Source: Eledone cirrhosa (lineage: Eukaryota). From it: a DNA stretch of 64,000 nucleotides. Under the pieces are notes generated by a model. The model ran no database searches and was not told the DNA's origin. It was given only the letters and a program-made list of their open reading frames with translations. Both the position numbers and the translations under genes were made by a program. The stretch lies in NCBI GenBank assembly GCA_964016885.1, contig OZ024740.1, positions 127,534,001 through 127,598,000 on the forward strand, in the 5' to 3' direction. This document shows positions 1-12,409 of this stretch, piece by piece (position 1 is the first letter of the stretch; each line of letters starts with the position of its first letter).

Positions 1-1066
1 CACAGAATTTTTGCTCTTTAATATAAAGAATATTTCCTCTATACAAAGAGCACAATTTTCGGAAGAAGAATTGAATGGAGGAGCTTTGGGGGTAATATTC
101 CAAAGTAAATAATCGTTAATGTTCTTTAATTTTAGGTCCCATAATAAGCTAGATGGAGAAGAATTTTTATTTATATTCGTAAAAGAGCATTTATGGTTAT
201 TAAAACGAGATTTGAAGTCTGTGGAAGTAGAACCTATATAATTAAATGAATTTAAATTAGTTTTTACATTACTATTATATACTATATTTTTAGCTAAACA
301 ATTGTTATTTAGCGGAGAGTTATATTTGTTTCTACAGTTACATTTATCAAAATTCAAGTTACTAGGAGCCGTGTTATTAAATTGGATATTGCTGGTGTTG
401 TTAATGGTATTCTGGTTAGGTTTTAAGTTTCTATTATTAATTCTATTACTATTCTGCGCTAAATTACTGGTGGTTGAATAAGTTAATTTTATAGTATGTC
501 TATTAAATATTGAGTAATATCTATGTGTTCTAGGGAAGCATTTGTCAAGAGCTTTAAAGAATAGTTTAGCTATAGGAGTTTTAATATTTAATGAGAAAGG
601 AAGAGAGAACCATAATATATTCCTAGTTCTATTTCTTTTTTTGTTTATCGAATTATTGTAAGGTTTTCTATTATAGTTGTTAACATTGTTAAAATTATGG
701 TTAGTTGTTATATTATTATTATTATCAATGTATTTAATTTTATTACTATATCCAGGTCTACCTAACGCTTCGTTGTAATATTGCGCTTTATCAAAAATAT
801 TCTTATTAGCTGAAATTCTAGAAATGCGTTGCTGTACAGAATTTACTATAATATGTTTAATTGATCTGGGGTGATTGGAGTTAAAATTAACGTAGTTTAA
901 GTTCTCGTTTAATTTGTGTAATGGATAATGAAGACATGTGTTAAGGTTTAAGGTTACAACTAGAAAGTTAACTATTTCATAATTATTCTCTATTTCTACT
1001 TTAAGATTAATGTAATTAAAAAATTGTATAATTTCTTTACTTTTCCTATTTAATTCACAGTTATTA
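1..1066 (-). mobile_element. Inverted copy of the 3' half (RT C-terminus plus GIY-YIG) of the adjacent PLE; truncated by the window edge
   Basis: Its reverse complement aligns with about 6680-7741 (base 1 cacagaatttttgctc mirrors gagcaaaaattctgtg at about 7726-7741), with scattered substitutions and indels. A 5' inverted segment is typical of PLEs. Confidence 0.92.
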
Positions 1067-1590
1067 ATTCCAACAAACTATTAATGGATTTGGAAAATGA
1101 AATCATCTTAATCATTCAAAACATTATATTTAAAAAAAAGACTTCATAGGCCATGATTACTTAAGAAATCTCAAAAGTAATATTGAAAACTTGGAGAAAA
1201 CGGAAAAAATTCTAGTAAAGTCGGACAAAAACAATAATATTTATGGAATGCAGAAGGATATTTATAACGATCTTATATTAAATGAATTAAGGAAAAAATA
1301 CAAAATAACAACTAATGGCGACCTTGAAAAGTTGAATACAGAGGCTTCTTACATAATGCAGGATTTAGGCATTGAAAATAGGAGACAACCCTTCATGCCA
1401 AGGAAACCAAAAATTAATATGAAGGACCACAAAAAGAAATTTGAAATTGACTTACCAGTAAGATTAATTGCACCATCTAAACCCGACCTTGGCATACTTA
1501 GCAATAACATTTTAGACAGAATAATACCACAATTTAAGGAATTATCTTATTTAAATTTTCCTGAACCTAGACGATGACACACTAATATCC

Positions 1591-1935
1591 ATGGGAAAGA
1601 CATCGGGTGACGCGTTCAGTGGAACGAGCCTCGAACTTGTAGTTCAAATGAGGCCCGAAAGGATCGCGCAGATCCCTGAACGCGTCATACTGGATGATCA
1701 AACTTTTATCAACATTACCGTTGAGGGTAGGCGGCCCTTGTGTTACCTCTGTGGAGCCAGAGGTCACTTGAGGGCTGTCTGTCCTCAACTTAATAAGAAA
1801 ACCACAATCCTGCCTACACCACCAACAACTGCAAAACCAACACAATCACCACAACCACCACTACAAAAACAACAACCACAGCTCAAACCAAAACAAAATA
1901 ATGTCCCCCCCCCCGCCACACCACACACACACTAA
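1591..1935 (+). pseudogene. Tx1/L1 ORF1 remnant (CCHC zinc knuckle)
   Basis: ITVEGRRPLCYLCGARGHLRAVC followed by a Pro/Thr/Gln-rich tail. Confidence 0.8.
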
Positions 1936-2564
1936 AAAAATCAATTTCCAAAACACCCGCACCGCAAACACAACCCGAAAATCTACCCCTCCCCTCCAAA
2001 GCGGAACATGACCCTCGTTCGTCGTCAGACGAGGAGGAGCACTTCCACACAATCAAAAGAAAAAAAAAGAAAACACACCTCAGACACACAAATGAAAACA
2101 ACCCCTCCCCAAAACATAACACAGACACCAACAAAAAAGAGCACACAACAACAGCAAACAAAAAACACCACACAAAAACAAAAACATGCATACACATACA
2201 TAAACACAAGAAATAAAAAACTGCTAAACATTGTGTACAACAACAATTTAGTAAAAACCCAAGGGCCTAACTTCACCCAGGCAGGGGATTTCCCCCACCT
2301 CAAAATGATTAAGGCCCCAGAGGACACATATAAAACACTAAAAAACAACTTTAAAGAGGACGCCCCCCCTGCGTCGGGCCCATTAACTGCGTCCTCCTAA
2401 AAAACTTCCTCACCCCCTCCTCAAACACCCACACTACTCCAAACACCCCAAACACACAACACACTGATGCCCCCACACTTCCACAAACCACCACCCCAGC
2501 CAACAACCCATCCCCCACCCTCATGGAAATTGTGCAGCCCGTTACCCGGGACGCAGAGAGGTAA

Positions 2565-5500
2565 GTGCCTTTTCTCTTCACCACCAACATGGCTATGCTA
2601 AGAGTAGGCTGTCTAAATGCGCCTGGCCTAGGCTCAACTTGGAAGCAAGCAATGCTTCTAAATGACCTCAGGTCACAACGTATAGATGTGATGGTTATTT
2701 GCGAGGCCCGGATCAGCAACATGCGGCAGCTGGCCCCCACCTTTGATGACTTTGAGATGCACGCATCTCTCTTAGGGGGTGTGGTTGTCGTTCTGCTGCA
2801 AAAACATCTGGGTCTCGCAACACAAACGGTACATTTGGACCCGGAGGGTCGACTAGTGGTTCTGGACCTTGGCAGTGGTGAAGGCGGAGCGCTTAGGTTG
2901 GTAGCCGTCTACGGCCCTTTCTGGTCAATGCGGCCGGACTTCTTCCATCGTCTGGAGACTTTTCTAGGGACGTCCCGCTCCTTGCTATTAGTGGGTGACT
3001 GCAATGGTATCCTAGTTGCACGTTAGGACTACGTAGAGGCCTGTCCCGATAGAGAGGGGTGTAATAACCTCAGAGGGTTAATCGGTCGATTTGACCTGGC
3101 CGATAGATATCGACTAGATTTTCCAACTGCGCCAATCTGGACTTGGGCAAACCGCATCGAATCACCTAGGTCGTACCTAGATAGGTTCTTAGTTAGAAAT
3201 AAGGATAAGGACTTTTTAAGTTGTCAAAAAATGCGCATGGTTGGCTATTCAGACCACAAGTTAGTGACCTGCATGGTCAACCTTGACAGAACGCATAAAC
3301 AGGGACCCGGTTACTGGAAGCTCAACTTGTCCTTACCGGCAAGTAAGGCTTGCAGGGACCGCATTAGCACTTTAGTTAAAGAGCGGTTGACGGGCGCCAT
3401 CGTCAATAGCAGGTGGTGAGGATCTCTCAACAGAGAGATTAGAGTAGTCTCTATAGAATTTTGTAAGAAGTTAGCCTCAAACAGAAATAGGAAGGAAAGG
3501 GAGTTGGTAGATAGTGTAGAATGGGCAATTAGAAGCGGCGACGTGGCCAGAGTGCTAGCGTCGAGAACGGCCCAGGGCGAGTTCTTCGACGCGAAACACG
3601 AAGTCTGCATCGTCCGAAGCAAAATACGTGCTCTGGGAAACGAGGGGACCAAAGCTGTTAGCTGGGCCCGCGTGACAGAAGCCAAAAGAGGGAGTAGATC
3701 CACTATCCGGTCTTTGCGAGAACAGGATACGGGTGATCCTTGAACCTAAGCAGATGTGCGAGGCTTTTCAAAAGCACTTTGCCAGATTGTTCGGAAGGGG
3801 CGGGGAGCCGGTTGGGGAAGTGGACTTCGGTCCATACCTCGACGGCCTGCCGCGTCTCTCGGACAGGGAGGCGAAGTCCTGCGAGCAGCCGATTTCAGCC
3901 GTTGAGATAGAGGACGTGCTGAGCCAATGCGGCAAACACAAATCCTCCGGTCTCGATGGTTTTCCATACGAACTATATCTAGCTATGCCGGACTTGTTCC
4001 CCGATCTCCTCGAGGCGGTCTACTGCATCTGGCAACAGAACGTGAGAATTCCCTGTGCTGTGACCAAGAGCGTAGTCACGCTAGTGAGGAAGGACGAGAA
4101 GAAGGGGGACGATGTAAATAATTTCAGGCCCATAACTCTGCTAAATTCAGAGTTACAGATTTTGGCCAAGGTGCCAGCAAAGAGGTTGGCGCTTGTCGTG
4201 GGCAAACTGGTGGGAGATGCGCAGACATGTGCTATCCCGTCAAGGTCAATCCACGACAACCTCCACGTCACGCGATACATCATAGAGAGGGTTGTGAACG
4301 AACCCGGCTTTGGTAGGGCCCTGATCAACTTGGATCAATCTAAGGCGTTCGATAGGGTCGACCATGCTTACCTGGATGCTGTGCTAGCGGCGGCAGGAAT
4401 CGGACCCGTTTTCAGGGGCTGGATCAATGCCATGCATAGCAGCCGCATCAGCGTTAGGGTCAAGGTGAGCGGCTACCTCTCGGAGCCCTTCGAAATCACG
4501 CGGTCCATCCGACAAGGGTGCCCTCTCTCCTCCCTTCTGTATGCAATGACTCGAGAGCCACTGCTGCTGAAGTTGGAGTTGTTGCAGGGCATCTCGTTGG
4601 AACCGGGATTGCGGAAAGTGGTGTCGGCCTACGCCGATGACGTAACAGTAATGGTGTCGACGGCCTCGGAAATCGGGGCGATCGGCACCTTACGGGAGGA
4701 GTACGAAAGGTTTACCGGGGCTAAGCTGAACCCGGACAAGTCGATCGGTCTGCAACTCGGCACGTGGAGAGGCAGATCGATGCCCTCCGATGGTCTCGTC
4801 GGGCGCTGGACGGAGGGCCCGGTGAAGTTGCTCGGGGTCTGGTTCGGACCAGACCTCCAGGTGGAGAAGAACTGGGGTGAGGTAACGAACAGTGTGTTTG
4901 CACTGACCCGGAAATGGGCCGAGTGCAAACTGTCCCAGAAAGGTCGGGCGGAGGTGGCGAAAACTTATATAGCGTCCGTCATCTACTACCGCCTGACCGT
5001 TGTGCCTTGCCCAAGGGAAACGCTCGCCAAAATGGAGCGCGCACTTTTCCAATTCCTTTGGAAGAAGCGGGCTCCTATAGTGAGAAGATCCATCTGCTGT
5101 CAACACCCTTCGAAAGGAGGGCTGGGGATGCCGTAGCTAATGATAAGTAAACACGCACTAAGGCTACGGCACCTCCAGGTATTCCTCACCGGTCAACCGG
5201 TGTGGGCCCCGTTTGTGAGGCGAGCCTTTCCGAGACTCGTCTCGCTCACCGAGCTGCAATCCTGGGTCAAGCAAAGACCGATAAAACTGGGCGCCTGGCA
5301 CACCGAGTGTGCCCAGGCACTCACGGCTCTCTGGCAGGCGGACCCCGCTGTCAGTGGAGAATTCACCTCGTCATTCTATAGAGGGCTGGTGGTTAGCAGG
5401 TGCGACGACGCCCTCGAAGAAGCCCTAGGTATAGAGGAAGACGAACTGGGCAACCTGTTGGGTAGGACATTCAGCCCGGGACCCATGGATAACTTCCAGA

Positions 5501-6001
5501 GGTCCATGGCCTGGCAGTGCTACCGAGGGACTCTGCTCGTTCGAGAAAGGCTCTACAGACACGGGCGCCCGGGTAGGGACCCCTCGAAAAAGATGCGTGT
5601 ACGACGAGGAAACCGTTGCACACGCATTGGTACACTGCTCGGGAATTGCCGATCTGTGGGGCTATGTCGAACAATGGTTGTCAAGTGTGGGACCGATCCG
5701 GTTGACCACCGAGTCTATTGTAACGATCAAGTCGCCTCCCCTCTTCAAAAAAGAAGAAGAGGCGGTGTTTCTGTGCGTAATAGCCATGGCGAAAGAGGTT
5801 GTATGGTGGACGCGTCTGAAAGGACTGAGATCAGACACCTTTCTCTCTGGTCAACAACTGGTCCGTTTCTTCCGATATCATTTCGGAAGAAGGATCAGGA
5901 TGGAGAGAGAGGTGCTGCACCCCAGCCGTTTTTATGAAAGATGGATGAAAGTGGCGAGAATGGCCCGTGTGAATGGGCCTTCACTCTACATCAGACTATA
6001 G
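2565..6001 (+). pseudogene. Tx1/L1 ORF2 (APE endonuclease, RT, C-terminal zinc finger) with stops and frameshifts
   Basis: GCLNAPGL...ICEAR, LVGDCN, RSYLDRF, SDHKLV, GYWKLN; RT motifs NFRPITLLN, LDQSKAFDRV, QGCPLS, AYADDV; EETVAHALVHC. Confidence 0.92.
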
Positions 6002-8996
6002 GTGAGGAAGATGAAAGATCAAGGGAGCACCCCCTCTCTGTGCTCCTGAGGAGAAGGGTTGTACACTTTTTTCGGGGGTGTGTGCGACCCCCCCAAGGCG
6101 CCTCCTCCCTATTGAGGATTTTGTTATTAAATTTATTTTTGTTATATTTTATATATTATATTTATATTTTGTTATGGCCTCCTCCTTATTGAGGACGCCT
6201 TTTTATGTAAACTTCCCCCATTGTACTTGTCCCACTTTTTGATGCCCTGGTGGCAAATAAATAGAAAGTTATTTTATTTAAAATTATGGAAAGGAACTAA
6301 CGAAGTTATCGAATGGTTTAAAGACATTAAATATAATTATAATAATTATAATAATAAATTTATTCAATTGGATATTGCTAATTATTACTCATCCATCACT
6401 CCTAATCTGCTTAATAAAGCACTAACATATGTATTTAAACATACAGAGTTAACTAGTAATGAAATGCACATTATCCTAACCTCACGGAAAACATTAATTA
6501 AATTTAACCACCAACTCTGGACTACAGCAGGTAGAGATCATAATTTCGATGTCCCTATGGGTCATCGGATTCCGCCCAGGTAAGGGATATTGTGAGGCTT
6601 TTTATAAATAATACTCTACACAGAAAAATACCGGAGATGAGCGGAGGTTTATAACGCGACGATATTCTTTTACTTATCGAAAATAATAACTGGAAATAGG
6701 AAAAGAAAAGAAATTATACAATTTTTTAATTACATTAATCTTAAAGTAGAAATAGAGAATAATTATAATATAGTGAACTTTCTAGATGTAACCTTAAACC
6801 TTAACACATGTCTTCATTATCCATTTCACAAATTAAACGAGAACTTAAACTACGTTAATTTTAACTGCAATCAACCCAGATCCGTTAAAAATACTATAGT
6901 AAATTCTGTACAGCAACGCATTCTAGAATTTCAGCTAATAAGAATATTTTTGATGGTAAAGCGCAATATTACAACGAAGCGTTAGGTAGAGCTGGATATA
7001 GTAATACAATTAAATACATTGATAATAATAATATAACAACTAACCATAATTTTAACAATGTTAACAACAATAATAGAAAACCTTACAATAATTCGATAAA
7101 CAAAAAAAGAAATAGAACTAGGAATATATTATGGTTCTCTCCTCCTTCTCATTAAATATTAAAACTCCTATAGCTAAACTATTCTTTAAAGCTCTTGACA
7201 AATGCTTCCCTAGAACACATATATATTACTCAATATTTAATAGACATACTATAAAATTGACTTATTCAACCACCAGTAATTTAGCGCAGAATATTAATAG
7301 AATTAATAATAGAAATTTAAAACCTAACAAGAAAACCATTAACAACACCAGTAATATCCAATTTAATAACACGGCTACTAGTAACTTGAATTTTGATAAA
7401 TGTAACTGTAGAAACAAATATAAATGTCTGTTAAATAACAATTGTTTAGCTAAAAATATAGTATATAATTGTAATGTAAAAACTAATTTAAATTCAGTTA
7501 ATTATGTAGGTTCTACTTCCACAGACTTCAAATCTCGTTTTAATAATCATAAATGCTCTTTTACGAATATAAATAAAAATTCTTCTCTATCTAGCTTATT
7601 ATGGGACCTAAAATTAAAGAACATTAACCATTCTTTACTTTGGAATATTATCTCCAAACTCCTCCATTCAATTCTTTTTCCGGAAATTGTGCTCTTTGTA
7701 TAGAGGAAATATTCTTTATATTAAAGAGCAAAAATTCTGTGAATCTAAGGAACAATCATTTCAGTTGCTGCAAACATAGATTGATTTCAACTTTTAAATA
7801 TAAATTTAAAATGTAATATACAACTCATCTTATTAAACCTATCGACAAATCACTAGATTCCTTCGTACGACTGCCAAAAACTCTCTTAAATGAGGAACAT
7901 TTTTTCCTTGAAAATTCTTCTAGATAAACATACTTAAAGTTTAAAAAAAAAAAATTGATAAATAAAAAATTAAGATAAACATACTGAAAGTTTAAAAAAA
8001 AGTTTTTTTTTGGTTAATCCCTCTGATGGATATACAAAAAGTTATAATTCATATTTTATACTGTGTTTTTTGTATGTATTCTTATATATATTTTTTAAAT
8101 GCTACATATTTTTGGAATTATATTGCGTAAAAATTACATTGCTTAAAAATATAATTCCTTTTAAAATTATATAATTATATTTTTTTAAACTTGTAATTCC
8201 TTTTTAAAAATAGTAATTCCTTTTAAAATTATAATCCTTTTTAAAATTATAACTCACATATTTATTTTATTTTATAGTATGTATTTTGTATTTATATATA
8301 TGTATATATGTATATGTATGTGTGTATATTTATGTATATGTATATATATGTATGTGTGTATATGTTCGTATTCATGTATGTATGTCTATGTATATGTGGG
8401 TCTATATATATCGAAATGTATAATTTTGAATGCATTCTATGAATGATCTCATGTAAAAAGGTTATTTTACGGTTTATACTTTAGATATATTCTTAAGAAA
8501 AACTTTAAATATTAAGACGTTATAGTAAACAAACTCTTAGTTTAACAGTCACAACTATATAACAGGCGGATCTATAAAATATATAAATGTTATAACTTAC
8601 TATCAAATAATATAAGGTTCTCATATAATCTAAACTTTTTTTTATCATCTTAACTTTTATAACATTTAATCATTAGAACTATCTAAATTACAAATAAATC
8701 AATTAATTTCCCCTCACGCTGTATTGCTATTACAAAGAAGGGTTTTCTTCAGTAAAATCTCTGAACATTCCTACATTTTAAACATATATTTTGTCATTTC
8801 ATATAAGTTTTATTGTTAATTGAAAAATTAATAACAAACTGTTGGTTGATGATTAATAATAAATTTATGTAAGGTTATGTAATAATAACATATATTTTAA
8901 TAATATGTTTTGATGGTATATATATATATATACAAAAACAAGATGGCGTAGGACAGAACAAACGAGAGGCACAAAAAACAAAGAAAAGAACACACA

Positions 8997-9039
8997 GTCA
9001 CTGAAGAGGTCACATAATGTGTGACGAAAAAACTTTGAC
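8997..9039 (+). ncRNA. Minimal type I hammerhead-like motif
   Basis: gtca-CTGAAGA-g-gtcac..gtgac-GAAA-aaac-TT-tgac. Helix I is only 4 bp and loop 3 is not palindromic. Confidence 0.55.
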
Positions 9040-9221
9040 AATATATAAACAACCATCTTGTTGTGGAACCAACCAACCAAGCGGAAATTTATAAATTCCT
9101 AAATTTATAAATGTATTTTAATAAATTGAAGTGAAATTACTGGTTCGTGTGTTTCTTATTGGCAACATGACCCTCCAAAAGTATAACAATATCGGTTTCA
9201 ACACACGTTTTCAGAATAAAA

Positions 9222-9222
<1 letters not shown>

Positions 9223-9307
<85 letters not shown>
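9223..9307. repeat. (GT)n microsatellite
   Basis: Seen directly. Confidence 0.98.
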
Positions 9308-9309
<2 letters not shown>

Positions 9310-9585
9310 TATTTTAATAAAATATAGATCCCAATTTTTAATTTTTAATTTATAGATCTCAATAATTTAATCAAATTTAAACAATAGATAAATTTCTCCG
9401 GTTACTACTATCTATTTATTTATTTATCTATACACGCTAACTCATCCAATATATATTTATCTTTTCGCTTCACCATTTCATAAAACTATGTTAATACAAC
9501 ACTCTCTCACTTAGGGTTATCTCTCTTTTTTTACTATTCCTTTTATTTTTATTTTATTTTGTTTTCCTTCTTTGGGTTTGCTCTT

Positions 9586-10340
9586 TCATCATCATCATCA
9601 TCATCATCATCATCGTTTAACGTCCATGTTCCACGCTTGCATGGGTTTGGACGGGAGTTTTCCCACTTGAGGCAAGAGTGGTTGTCTTGCTCGCATAGGA
9701 CTGTCTGGCGGGTTTTCTACAGCTGGATGCCCTTCCTAACACCAACCACATTTACAGTGTGGGACAGGGAGGTTTTTACCGTGTTGCCTACACGGCCACA
9801 TTACAGCGTGGACTGTGTGTTTTTTTGTCGTGACACCTACACGATCTCATTTGTTTCGGCCTGGATGTTGTGGCACCAACATAACTTTACATTGAAAGGG
9901 GCGGTGTGGATGGGGTGGGGGTGGTGGGACGGGGTGTGTTTGGTTAGAGATGCCTACTGACTGTAGTAGGTTTTACTTTGTATTCAGGTAAGGCGGGTCT
10001 TCTCTATTACTGAGTACCGCCAAAGATCTCGGTCCAGTGACATTGTCTTGGAGAGGTGTAAGTGTGTGAGGTCGGAATTTATCAGGTCGTCCCAGGTTTT
10101 TCTGGGTCTGCCTACTCCATGGCTACCGTCTACCTTTATTGCCCTGCACTTTTTTATACAGCTGTCGTCTTTCATGCGCATCACGTCACCATACCAACGT
10201 AGCCTTCTCTCGACTAAACAACATCTGATCCCACTTATTTCTAATTTTTCCCTTAGTTCGTTTATTCTTTGCCGTTCGCGTATATTACTATTACACATCC
10301 AGCGGAGCATGCAAGCTTCGTTCCTCTCTAGTCTGTGTAT
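9586..10340 (-). mobile_element. RTE-clade LINE 3' fragment with (GAT)n tail
   Basis: MLRWMC...ERRLRWYGDVMR...GVGRPRKTW; the (CAT)n tract at 9586-9614 is the tail. Confidence 0.88.
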
Positions 10341-10399
10341 ATCCTTCTCCTTTTCTTTGTTTTCCTTATTCCAACGGCTTAATTTAAATGTATGGGATT

Positions 10400-10729
10400 T
10401 AAACCTCTCCGACACTAATTTGCATAATAGAACAATAATAAAATTAGTAAACCCACTATCCGGGAGCTTCCAACAGACATGGTCGCATTCTTTTAGGGGT
10501 ATGTCAATATTTGTTTATAAAACTGATCTATATTATATTTTATCTGATGAAAGCGCACCATAATTTGCTTTGGTGTCCTTGAAATATGCATAATGAAATA
10601 AATATGGTTTTATAAATATAGTTTCCATTTATTAATATATTGTATTTTTACTCCAAAAATGTGTTGAGGGCTTTATATCAGTTATAAAAATATTTGCTTG
10701 TTGTATCCAGACAAATTATATATAACTCC

Positions 10730-10732
<3 letters not shown>
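10400..10732 (+). mobile_element. PLE pLTR fragment related to 14600-14840
   Basis: Shares gggtatgtc, the HHR and aatatggtttt...tttccattt with 14701-14835; abuts (TA)n. Confidence 0.7.
10536..10600 (+). ncRNA. Type I hammerhead ribozyme
   Basis: tattttat-CTGATGA-aag..cacca/tggtg..ctt-GAAA-t-atgc-a-TA-atgaaata. Confidence 0.8.
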
Positions 10733-10781
<49 letters not shown>

Positions 10782-10811
10782 TAGATAGATGTGTATATAT
10801 ATATATACACA

Positions 10812-12333
10812 TATCCCCCACTAACACCACTAACACACTCCTCCTTTCCACCGCCCACCCCACAACTAACAATACTAACAGCCCCACGACACACCCGACC
10901 ACCCTTCCCCAACTAACAATACTAACATCCTTTCTTCTCCCCCCTCCCCTTATCAAGCACACACCCACCGGTATATATATACACGCACTCACACTAACCG
11001 CACACCCTACTACCACCACTAACCCTCTCCCACACATCCACTCCCACCACCCCACAACTAATACCACTAACCCCAAACGCACACGAACAACACACCCACT
11101 TACGACACCCACTCTACACACCCTACCACCACTGACCCCCACTAACACATCCGCGTTCACCCCTTTCCCCACCACCAGTATACTAACACCCACTAACACA
11201 CCCTTGACCACACACGCACTCATCCAAACACGCACACACACACCAGTACACTACACACCCTCAACCGGCCTCCACAACTTTCTCCCCCCTCCTTCTCCCC
11301 TCTCCACCCACACCTCTTCTCACACGCACACACACAAACATCCCACTAACACCTCTACCAATACACCTCCTCCCCACTCCACCTTTCACACCTACCCATC
11401 CTCTCCCATATCCACCGCACCTCCGCACACACTGATACACCGACTTTCTCCACCTGCCATTCTCCCCTACTGCTGCTATGCCCTGAATCTCTGACCACCT
11501 CTCCGCACACACAGACACACAACTCTCCTCCTGCCTTGACCCTCTGACCACTTCCTGTTACGCGCGCACCCCACATCTCCCCTCTTCCGACCAACCCAAC
11601 CACGGATTACACACATTGTACATCGCTCCCAAGAATCAACTCCATCACAAGCAAATTATCCGGCACCCCACCACACCCTCTACGGAACTACCTTAGGAAC
11701 CAACCCATGGACATACACTGACAAATAATTTTTTTCCCACACGCCACCTACACCCACAATACGTATAAACACCACACATACGTGCGTGCCACTACATATT
11801 TACAAACTCAGCCTCCGGAATCCTCCCCCACTCCTCTGACCCCTCCCCATCCACACATGCACACACACACCGACCTACACCCCACCCCACACACACCTTT
11901 TCCTGAACATGCATCCCCGGTCTTCCCCCAACTCTCACATTCACATACACACCCACACGTACACCTAAACACACACACCACCTTCAGCCCTCCCCGCTCG
12001 GACACCCCGCCTCCCTCTCCCCACTCTACCCGCCACCACCCTTACACGCCCCACACCCTTCCACCACTTGTTTATCTTCATGTTTATTTTTATTTTTATT
12101 ATGTTTTTATATTTATTTTCATTTGTACCGTTTCCTCTCACCCCCTTTTTTCTAAATGTCTCTCTCCTACTCCCCTACACACCCTTGGAACTCTCTTCCC
12201 ACACACTTCACTTTTCGCCTGAAGAAGGGCTTATGCCCGACACGTCGTTCCCCACCACCACCCCACTCTCAAGAGCGTAAAACTAATAAACCTTTTTTGG
12301 TACTGCCTCTCTGTTTTGTTCCCGTTCAATTTT

Positions 12334-12338
<5 letters not shown>
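10812..12338 (+). mobile_element. C/A-rich probable retroelement 3' or pLTR remnant with a degenerate HHR
   Basis: Strongly C/A-skewed; CTGAAGA-a-gggc-ttat-gccc-GACA-cgtcg at 12219-12247; bounded by microsatellites. Confidence 0.4.

Positions 12339-12406
<68 letters not shown>

Positions 12407-12409
<3 letters not shown>

Larger units (their letters stand above)
1556..6268 (+). mobile_element. Tx1/L1-clade non-LTR retrotransposon, 5'-truncated in ORF1, with 14-bp TSD
   Basis: ORF1 zinc knuckle, APE endonuclease, RT, C-terminal Cys motif and AATAAA at about 6256. TSD is ttatcttatttaaa (1542-1555) and ttattttatttaaa (6269-6282). Confidence 0.92.
1067..8900 (+). mobile_element. Penelope-like retroelement (Hydra-clade-like), degenerate, interrupted by a Tx1/L1 insertion
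   Basis: RT N-part KSDKNNNIY...KDHK...RLIAPSKPDLG (1191-1555) resumes as LKLWKGTNEVIEWF...FIQLDIANYYSSI (6269 onward), NFLDVTLNL and GIY-YIG KCNC...NIVY...YVGSTSTDFKSRFNNH (7131-7703). The 3' boundary is approximate. Confidence 0.88.

Noticed and set aside
3746-5150. Alternative-frame and antisense ORFs inside the Tx1 RT (also 50127-51259)
   Set aside because: Shadows of GC-rich coding sequence.
10694-11494. 266-aa Thr/Pro/His-rich mucin-like ORF
   Set aside because: It starts through a microsatellite and stays open only because of C/A skew.
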